Source of the DNA: a virus
IMG/VR virus record: IMGVR_UViG_3300021962_000035
Span: 32,001-96,000 of that record
Length of the DNA stretch: 64,000 nt
Reading direction: 5' to 3' (one strand)
This document shows positions 56,468 through 64,000 of this stretch, piece after piece. The number at the start of each line of letters is the position of its first letter. The first letter of the stretch is position 1. The notes under the pieces are model-generated. The model searched no databases, had not been told where the DNA came from, and worked only from the letters and a program-made list of their open reading frames with translations. The translations under genes were made by a program, and so were the position numbers.

Positions 56468-58669
56468 ATGGCAAAGACACCATTTATAAGGCCACTACAA
56501 GTACAAGGCGGAACATTTTACACATTCTCTTCTTCTGCAGAGGATCTGTCTTTTACGTTTAATAGTTCGGATAGCAAATTTAGATTCTCTAAATTCGCTT
56601 TGTTGAATATTCCAAATATAGACAACAACGCATCTACTCAGACAAACTATATAAGACTAAATGGACCTGATAGTGCTTTTCTAGACTGGGCAAACAACAC
56701 GCAACAAATTATAACTGGTGACGCAAACATAGATTTTTCTCAAAGTTTTCAAAGTTATTGCTTAAATATAGAATCAACTATAACTGGAGACGATCAATAC
56801 GATTCAAGCTTAAAACAAAACATTTCTGAAAGAATATTTTTTAAGTGGCTAAAGGAAATAGGAGCTATAAGATATAGGGCTGCAAACTCTACCGAGGTTT
56901 CTCCTGCTCTAGATCAAAACACCGTTACTGTTGTCAATGATGTTCCTATAACTCAGAAAAGATATGTTGAAGGTGACGCATCCTATGGTACTACCGGAGC
57001 ATACGGTATGACCGGAACAACATACAATAGAGTAGTTCAGTATGTGGGAAATTTGGATATAGTAAATTCTGTGAAGAATTCAACTAATGCTTATTCTGAA
57101 GTTTATGTTTATATTCCAACCAAAGATGGTAATACACCATATGTTCTTTTCAAGAACGTAACTGATCAGAATTATTATCCAGACTACCAATGGACAAACA
57201 ATCCAGCTAATCCATTAAACGATGAGTATTTATTCTCAAGAAATTATGACGAGACGAATCCTAGCGGATTAACAACTCTTGCTATATTCGATGATGATGT
57301 TTTAGGTTCTCCTACAGCTACTTATTTTGACACTGGGATAAATGGTGCTACTGCAGCAGGTAACTGGTATTCACCAAGAGATACTGCTAACACATACTTC
57401 TCGGACGAACTATTTACCGATCCTGCTAACTACATATTAACTAAAACTGCAAATTCTCAAACATTAAGTTATGTAAGAAGCAAACTGGACTCAGTCGGGA
57501 TAGATTTTGATCCTGATTCATATCAGGAAATTCTTAGCAACTCTAACATTTCTACTCTTGAAGAATTTAATGCTACTGCGGAAGCATCTGACTTTGAATT
57601 TAATGCAGTTTTGATCTATTATGATGTCTATGACCCAGCAAATCCTGCTACCTCAGCAACTAATCTTTATGGCGTACTATTTTTAGATGATGTAAACAGT
57701 GAAGGAGGAGACATATACATTCCTAGACTAAAAAAATATAGACCTAATCCAGTAACCAAATTAAACGGTAACTCTTATGGATTTAAGATCAATTTAAAAT
57801 TTGATACTGACGTAGATCAAACGGGGGTAGAACAAGCTATTAACGACTACTCTCCATTCTCGCTTTCCATGTTCATGGACGCTATGAACGTTTTACAGGA
57901 TGCAAGTTCAACTTTAAATAACGCATCTAGTGACTTCATACAGCTTAGCGATCGAGTTACAAACTTAGAAAACATAACCCTAAGTAGTCCTACTGCTATC
58001 AATATGGATAGAAGGATAGAGAACATAGAAAGAACACTAGCTGCAAACCAGGCTTTATTTAACAATACACAGTCTGTAATGCAGTTAATAAATCAAAACT
58101 ATGATCTAGTAAGGTCTATTCTAAATAATCAAACTAGCGTTGAAATATCATATGATTTAGACTTGGTTAAGCAAGGATCTGGTATCATTGTGGATAGAAC
58201 GGTACCTAATCAGCTTTCGATTATAAATGATTCTCAGGACTTTAATATCGGAGCAGATTCCGGCAGAGGAACTCTAACACAGAACGGACTTAATGAGATA
58301 AAGCTTCTTGATTATTCCAATTACTATAAACACGTAAATAACGGAAACCCACTTACCCTTACTGGGGATATGACCATAAGATTAAAAGACGATCCTACCC
58401 GATGGAAGAAGGGACAGAGATTTAGATTATCTTTTGGCGACGAGATTTATCCTGGAGGGTTCATAATTAACATACTAACTAATTCTACGGGTCTATATCC
58501 TTTAAGTTCACCTAGTGGTGTTAGCTACTCTACATTGATCGTTTCATTAGACGACTCAGTATTCTCTCCGTACGACTATCTCCCAGTTTTTGACATAGTT
58601 TGTATAGACGATAAATCTTTAAAATTCCAAGTAGATATAGTAGGAAAAAGTTTAACCAACAACCAATAA
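56468..58669 (+). CDS. Putative tail/baseplate structural protein
   Basis: 733-aa ORF in the late operon with a central coiled coil; no enzyme motif. Confidence 0.55.
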   Translation: MAKTPFIRPLQVQGGTFYTFSSSAEDLSFTFNSSDSKFRFSKFALLNIPNIDNNASTQTNYIRLNGPDSAFLDWANNTQQIITGDANIDFSQSFQSYCLNIESTITGDDQYDSSLKQNISERIFFKWLKEIGAIRYRAANSTEVSPALDQNTVTVVNDVPITQKRYVEGDASYGTTGAYGMTGTTYNRVVQYVGNLDIVNSVKNSTNAYSEVYVYIPTKDGNTPYVLFKNVTDQNYYPDYQWTNNPANPLNDEYLFSRNYDETNPSGLTTLAIFDDDVLGSPTATYFDTGINGATAAGNWYSPRDTANTYFSDELFTDPANYILTKTANSQTLSYVRSKLDSVGIDFDPDSYQEILSNSNISTLEEFNATAEASDFEFNAVLIYYDVYDPANPATSATNLYGVLFLDDVNSEGGDIYIPRLKKYRPNPVTKLNGNSYGFKINLKFDTDVDQTGVEQAINDYSPFSLSMFMDAMNVLQDASSTLNNASSDFIQLSDRVTNLENITLSSPTAINMDRRIENIERTLAANQALFNNTQSVMQLINQNYDLVRSILNNQTSVEISYDLDLVKQGSGIIVDRTVPNQLSIINDSQDFNIGADSGRGTLTQNGLNEIKLLDYSNYYKHVNNGNPLTLTGDMTIRLKDDPTRWKKGQRFRLSFGDEIYPGGFIINILTNSTGLYPLSSPSGVSYSTLIVSLDDSVFSPYDYLPVFDIVCIDDKSLKFQVDIVGKSLTNNQ

Positions 58670-58682
58670 TATTAAAAAGTAA

Positions 58683-61600
58683 ATGGCAGGCACACAAAAT
58701 TCCATAAGTTCATTAGTAGCTCAATTCCTGAGACTTCAAAAAAATTCATTAGAAATTATAAATGGATTAAACGAAGTTGCGGTATCTACCAATAATACGG
58801 TTACTATTGAGGTCCTTGATGAGCAAGGTCTACCTCAGAACGCTAATATCCCATCTTACGGATTTCTAAGAGGAGAAATACAAAGAATAGACAACAATAT
58901 AAAAGCTTTAGCAGGGATTAGCGAATCCTCAGCTACAGTAAGAAATCCTGATGGAACTTACTCACAAGTTTACAAATCGGAAACTTTAAAAGAGCCAGCA
59001 AGAATAACTAATCTATCAGTACCCAGTACTTTTGACGTTAAGGATAATTGGTTTTTTGAAAGCTTCTTAACTCCGCTTCTATACATAAACGTAAATGTAA
59101 CTGGACAAATACCAGATTCTGCTGATAGAATAGTTGTTAAGAGAATTATAGCTAACACGACTACTGACGCACAGAAAGATTATTTTGATACTTCTCTTAA
59201 GGGACGAAATGATTTATCCTACGATCAGTTCGTACAGGCTTTAACTGATAATGGTATAGGCTATTTCGTAGACGAAGACATTGCACAGCTTCCTTTAAGA
59301 ACGATAAGATTCATTGGTAATTTTAGCGTTCTAAGCTACTATGATGATTTAGTTACTATAACGGATGCTAGCGGAAACACATTCCAAGAAACGAGAAGAA
59401 ACTACAAGCTAGATAAATTATCTTATACTGATACGCTTAGCACATTCAGAGACGGAAGATCTCTTAATGTTGGAGACAAGATATCAACACAGGATGGATC
59501 TTTGTACCAGGTAACTTCTGTTGATAGAGACCAATCTTCAATACAGGCTAAGAGGGTTTCTGGATATCAACCAATTACTCTCGGTGCAGGAACTCTCTCA
59601 ATATCTTCTACCGATTTTGGACCAAGATATGCTCAGGTCAACATAGGATATAACGAGAGACAGGGGATTTTCTTTAAAGCGATAGATGATAATTTTAATA
59701 TCGTTGCCGCTGTTTGGTCTACTGGTATAGTTTTCTGGAGTAATGAGCTACAGACAAAAAATCAAAACGGAACAGTCGTTAACTTGGAAACGTACTACCT
59801 GAGCGAAGTTTCCGACTTGGGTAAAATCTTTTTGGGAGCTGCTAAAGAAAATAAGGTACCAGCGGTTGAAGGTTTAGTTCCTAATGTACCGGTAGTAAAT
59901 CAAACAAACTTCACTGTTGTACAGATTAATAAACAGGTAACTGAATCAACACCAATAAAGGTGATTAATGATAAGCTACAGGTTAAGTCTTCTATAAAAA
60001 ATGAAATAGCAGCTCTAGACGATTCCATCAACCAAGCTAAACTTCAACTAAACACTGGACTTGCAGCTATAAACGAGGGATCACTTCAGTTAACTAACGT
60101 TAGTGATAGTCCTATACTTGGAAACAATCTAACTCCAGTTAGCGTAACCGGACAACAAAACACTCCAATTGGTGTTAACACTCAGGCAGTTAAAGCTAAT
60201 CTATTCTCTTTAATAGGAGAAAGAGCTAAAAAAGTAGAACTTTATTCATCTCTTGTAACTGAGGTTAAAACTTTATCGATAGACGTTCCCCAAATAGTAA
60301 CTCCACCTAAATATAGAGTTAGAGGATTTTGGCCTATACCTTCTCCGCAATTAAGTCCATCTACGGGAGCTCAGGAGGTAATACAATTCTCTGTTAGATA
60401 TAGATATTTGAGCGACAGCGGTGCAGCGGTACCTTCAGAGCAGATAGAATTTATAGACAATGACGGAACTAGAAAAAATGCTGCTTTTTCTAACTGGACT
60501 GAATACAAGACTGATATCAGGAAGAAAGTTTATGACCCTAAAAGAGGTATTTACGTTTGGGCTCCAGAGGACACTTCAAATTCTAATGTACAGAACATTA
60601 ATCAACTGGATCTTGCGATCACAAAGGGAGAAAAATTAGAAATTCAAATAGCTGCTATATCAGAAGCAGGTTGGCCTGACAATCCTCTAACCTCTGACTA
60701 CTCACCTTCAGTTATAATTAGCTTCCCTGATAATTTATCTGTAACTGGTGTTGATGTTGCATTAAGAACAAATAGTGAAGATGCTGCAGTTAATAAAATG
60801 CAGGCAGAATTAAATGCTCAAGGTCTTCCTTCCCATCTTTCGCAACAATTTGTTGCTAATGATAAAACTTATTATCATGACTCAACAGGAATTGCTAGTG
60901 GATTCTATACAAATAGTGGGGGAGTAATAAATCTTTTCGATAAGATCACGGATTTACAAAATCAGATCTCAGTTCTTAAATCTCAATTAAGCCAAGCTAA
61001 GGGAGTACTTCAGGTGTTTATCGTTGATTCAAACAACAACAAGGTAAAAGTTTCTAAAGGTTCTACGGTTAAGCTTAACGCTGGATTTTATAACGAAATA
61101 TACACAAATCCAACCACAACGGACGCTGGTAAAGTTGCATCGGTAACTTATAACATCCAGCTTTTCAACGAGCAATCATCACCTGTTGAATTAGCTTCTG
61201 TTATACCAGGAGGTCTTGAAACTAAAGCACCTTCATCTATAGCTTCATCATATCCTGCTGGTTACAACGACAATCTAAGATACGGCGACGGACCAATATC
61301 ATTAACTTCTCTCGTAGCAAGTAATGTTGAAACGTCAACTGACTTTAGACAAGCACCTCCTTATGCTTCCTCGAGTGCTTATTCACAGTTTCTTTATCCA
61401 AGATACAGAAATATAGGATTTAATCAGGTTCTTTATTATAACACGGCATTAACTGATATCGGTCAATACTTCACTAACGCTTACAGCTCTTCTTACACAT
61501 ACAATGGGGTTTCTTCTTCAACTCAAACTAACTTTGGTATTGATGGGGTTTATCCTCAGAATGGTACGATATTTACCCCATACGATCCTACACTTTATGC

Positions 61601-62333
61601 AGACTATAGCACAGTAACAGGGGGTACCGCAGCGGCTGTTTGGAACGGTACGTTTACCGGAAGTACTGGCGGTAATCCGGTAGGAAGCGGATATTTATCA
61701 GAATTCTGTATTCATACGAGTCACCCTTATCTAACAAGCGTAGGAAGCTCTTATTCATTCACCAGCTATTCTGATATGGTTAAACCTTATAGTTCAACTG
61801 TAGTTAGCTACGCTCCTTTCAGACACACCCAAACATTCTGGGGAGATACATCTCTTCCTCAATATTGGGTACAGCAATCTTTTAGAACCCCTATAACATT
61901 TGCTACTGGTGCTACTGCTTCTAGAGAAGATAATATGTATGCAGATAAATTAGGTTTCTCCGCTAATGACGAATACCTAATCGGTAAATATTCATGTGGG
62001 GCTTACCTATACTTAGGACCTGTTACTAACACGGTTTTACAAGTACCTGGAACTACTGCATTATCGGTAACTTATCTAGGAGAGGGAGAGACGAATGCAA
62101 TAAACGTCCCTGTTATATTCCAATTTAGAGCAGTCGATAAGCTTGGATATATCGGTGGATGGAGAAAGGCAGGAATACTTTCAAATATAACTTACACTAA
62201 GAAAATAGGTATAGATATTCAGCTTAGAAATGATGACGCATTTTCTTTCGATGTACAAGTTAGTGGATCTTACCAAAATGACACATTAGTAGCTCCTAAT
62301 TTCGATAGCGGAATTAAAGCTCTTAATTTTTAA
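58683..62333 (+). CDS. Large putative tail/baseplate structural protein
   Basis: 1216 aa, coiled-coil segments plus beta-rich (Fn3-like) regions. Confidence 0.55.
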   Translation: MAGTQNSISSLVAQFLRLQKNSLEIINGLNEVAVSTNNTVTIEVLDEQGLPQNANIPSYGFLRGEIQRIDNNIKALAGISESSATVRNPDGTYSQVYKSETLKEPARITNLSVPSTFDVKDNWFFESFLTPLLYINVNVTGQIPDSADRIVVKRIIANTTTDAQKDYFDTSLKGRNDLSYDQFVQALTDNGIGYFVDEDIAQLPLRTIRFIGNFSVLSYYDDLVTITDASGNTFQETRRNYKLDKLSYTDTLSTFRDGRSLNVGDKISTQDGSLYQVTSVDRDQSSIQAKRVSGYQPITLGAGTLSISSTDFGPRYAQVNIGYNERQGIFFKAIDDNFNIVAAVWSTGIVFWSNELQTKNQNGTVVNLETYYLSEVSDLGKIFLGAAKENKVPAVEGLVPNVPVVNQTNFTVVQINKQVTESTPIKVINDKLQVKSSIKNEIAALDDSINQAKLQLNTGLAAINEGSLQLTNVSDSPILGNNLTPVSVTGQQNTPIGVNTQAVKANLFSLIGERAKKVELYSSLVTEVKTLSIDVPQIVTPPKYRVRGFWPIPSPQLSPSTGAQEVIQFSVRYRYLSDSGAAVPSEQIEFIDNDGTRKNAAFSNWTEYKTDIRKKVYDPKRGIYVWAPEDTSNSNVQNINQLDLAITKGEKLEIQIAAISEAGWPDNPLTSDYSPSVIISFPDNLSVTGVDVALRTNSEDAAVNKMQAELNAQGLPSHLSQQFVANDKTYYHDSTGIASGFYTNSGGVINLFDKITDLQNQISVLKSQLSQAKGVLQVFIVDSNNNKVKVSKGSTVKLNAGFYNEIYTNPTTTDAGKVASVTYNIQLFNEQSSPVELASVIPGGLETKAPSSIASSYPAGYNDNLRYGDGPISLTSLVASNVETSTDFRQAPPYASSSAYSQFLYPRYRNIGFNQVLYYNTALTDIGQYFTNAYSSSYTYNGVSSSTQTNFGIDGVYPQNGTIFTPYDPTLYADYSTVTGGTAAAVWNGTFTGSTGGNPVGSGYLSEFCIHTSHPYLTSVGSSYSFTSYSDMVKPYSSTVVSYAPFRHTQTFWGDTSLPQYWVQQSFRTPITFATGATASREDNMYADKLGFSANDEYLIGKYSCGAYLYLGPVTNTVLQVPGTTALSVTYLGEGETNAINVPVIFQFRAVDKLGYIGGWRKAGILSNITYTKKIGIDIQLRNDDAFSFDVQVSGSYQNDTLVAPNFDSGIKALNF

Positions 62334-62357
62334 TATAATATAATTTGGGCTTAAAAT

Positions 62358-64000
62358 ATGTCTCAATCTAGACTTTTTGATTATAATTCTTCGTTCGCTG
62401 TAATTAGAACAAATCCTAAATTAACGGGTAATTTTAAAATATCTGTTGATTCTCAAGGTGGAGTTTATTTCAATTCGATGAATGTAAATGACACTTTGAG
62501 TAATGATGCTTTTAAAAATTTCAATATCAGCGGAGAGAACAGTTATGCTACGGATGTATCAGATTTCTTCAGAAACGGAAAGATATCCAATGATCTAATA
62601 TTTCAGGTTGGAAATTTCACAAACGGACAGGCACAATCGGCCCAAGATTTTTCAGATCAATATGATTTCTTTTATGCTAGCGGAGCATCATCTTTAGCTG
62701 ATAAAAACTATCCCGAAGATTTTAGCTACTTCGCACCACTTTGGATTAAAAACGAGATCCCTGATTTCTTTGTAATATTTAAACTTAATGATCCATTAGA
62801 TTATCCATATTCTAAGAACGTTACCACTATCGAGCCTTTGACTAAATATAAAGTCATACAAGATTTTGATAGTTCAGAGACATTTAAGATTGCTTATGGT
62901 AAAACCCCAGCCGGAAATGATATCTACTATTCATCGGGTGAAGTATTTACCGGAAAAACTAGCTCTACTACATATAGCGTAATATCAGGATCTGGTAAGG
63001 TTGCTATTTATAATGAGATTGAATACTTATCCTCAGTTAATGATGTTTCGTCAACTTTCAGGAATAAGATCTTGAATAAAGCTACTGCAATAAAAACTTT
63101 CGATCTTAGAGAAAATACAAAAATAGGTAAGTACATTAGAGCCCTCTTCAATAATGATCAATTCTCTAATTCACCTCTTGAGGTTAGTTGGGGATATGAT
63201 TCTTATACGTATTATAAAGGTGCAAGCATATCCGATGGTGTTTACACTAAAAAAGGAGAGCTACTTAATCAATACCTTTCAACATCTAAGTCGGATCCTA
63301 TGATAGATTTGGAGGATTATGTAACCTCCGGATTTTCTAGAAATGGTATAGTTTGTCCCAATTTATTGAATCTTGAATTTTTCTTTGATGACGACGATTC
63401 AGATCTTTACACGATCAACAGATACATCGGAATGTATGTTTCTAGAAATGATATTGCTTCTATCCGAACCAACGGTAATTTCTTTTACGAATTCAGGAAT
63501 ATGGACGGTAACGAGAATACTCCAATCCCATCCAGAAATAATGTAGGATACTACTATAATAACACCCCATATGAAATCGGAGCTACTTCGGGCGTTAGAA
63601 TTTTCTATGAAAATGGATCTGGATTTTTACCCGGATCTGATAATGTAAATTTGCTTGATCCTAATAAGCTTTTTTACGTAACTGATAAAAATGACAGTTT
63701 CTATAGCTTAAAAAGATCTGAAGATTATGCAGTTTATGGCGGAACCGGTCCTAAATATGCCTATGGTCCTTATAGTTACACTACCGAAACCTTTTCAGCA
63801 ACAGGTTCAACTGGTGCTACTTCCGGATCTTTAGTTCTCCAGAATAAGACAATAAATCTTCTGAATTTCACAGGTAGCGATGATAAGCTTGCAACAATAA
63901 AGGGAGAGCTTGCTTTAGAACCAGGAAGGGCATACACTGAAATAGAATTCTTAAAAGCTTATGACAAAGAAAAGCCTTTAACTTTTAAGATATTCTGGCC
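62358..64000 (+). CDS. Large putative structural protein, 3'-truncated by the window edge (not in the ORF track)
   Basis: Manual translation from ATG62358 (MSQSRLFDYNSSFAVIRTNPKLTGNFKISV...) stays open to the window end. Confidence 0.85.
   Translation, partial: MSQSRLFDYNSSFAVIRTNPKLTGNFKISVDSQGGVYFNSMNVNDTLSNDAFKNFNISGENSYATDVSDFFRNGKISNDLIFQVGNFTNGQAQSAQDFSDQYDFFYASGASSLADKNYPEDFSYFAPLWIKNEIPDFFVIFKLNDPLDYPYSKNVTTIEPLTKYKVIQDFDSSETFKIAYGKTPAGNDIYYSSGEVFTGKTSSTTYSVISGSGKVAIYNEIEYLSSVNDVSSTFRNKILNKATAIKTFDLRENTKIGKYIRALFNNDQFSNSPLEVSWGYDSYTYYKGASISDGVYTKKGELLNQYLSTSKSDPMIDLEDYVTSGFSRNGIVCPNLLNLEFFFDDDDSDLYTINRYIGMYVSRNDIASIRTNGNFFYEFRNMDGNENTPIPSRNNVGYYYNNTPYEIGATSGVRIFYENGSGFLPGSDNVNLLDPNKLFYVTDKNDSFYSLKRSEDYAVYGGTGPKYAYGPYSYTTETFSATGSTGATSGSLVLQNKTINLLNFTGSDDKLATIKGELALEPGRAYTEIEFLKAYDKEKPLTFKIFW

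Noticed and set aside
1-64000. Eukaryotic giant virus or bacterial chromosome origin (RFC-like, gmk, asnB, phoH, S1)
   Set aside because: T4-type portal, prohead protease, gp23 MCP, neck and baseplate genes establish a tailed phage.
1-64000. Stop-codon reassignment as in some huge phages
   Set aside because: Genes are full length under the standard code; TAG ends genes at sensible places (6901, 10540, 24017) and coding density is high.
1-64000. tRNA, rRNA, self-splicing introns or inteins
   Set aside because: Intergenic gaps are mostly short and explained by promoters or terminators; no cloverleaf or splice/intein motif was recognised by eye. A tRNAscan/Infernal run was not possible.

Overview
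A 64-kb segment of a large T4-like (contractile-tailed) jumbo phage genome. It is AT-rich, densely coded, uses the standard genetic code and lies almost entirely on the + strand. The order is: two tandem gp20-type portal paralogues; a replication/repair block (DNA ligase, clamp-loader subunits, guanylate kinase, RNase H/5'-3' exonuclease, degenerate UvsE, PolB-type 3'-5' exonuclease); a nucleotidyltransferase; a fused prohead protease-scaffold and the gp23-type major capsid protein; many unknown proteins with T4 capsid-targeting-like N-termini; a dNMP-kinase/AsnB-like pair; a Nudix hydrolase; baseplate, hub, spike, neck and wedge genes interrupted by a ribosomal-S1-like gene and an amidoligase; PKD and beta-propeller receptor-binding candidates; PhoH; and large unknown tail proteins running off the end. 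TAnnTTTG promoters, no obvious Shine-Dalgarno sequences, and Bacteroidota-type domains point to a Bacteroidota host (inference). Three upstream motif classes are visible: TAnnTTTG, GAAAC-N18-TACAAT and (G/A)ATA(T/A)ATA. The most interesting candidates are a protease-processed capsid cargo set that includes an enzyme and membrane-active proteins, a possible nucleotide-modification pair, duplicated portals, a late-expressed S1/amidoligase pair, and a GxTG motif enriched in outer virion proteins. All protein assignments come from manual motif recognition; no database searches were run. No tRNA, rRNA, CRISPR array or mobile element was recognised.
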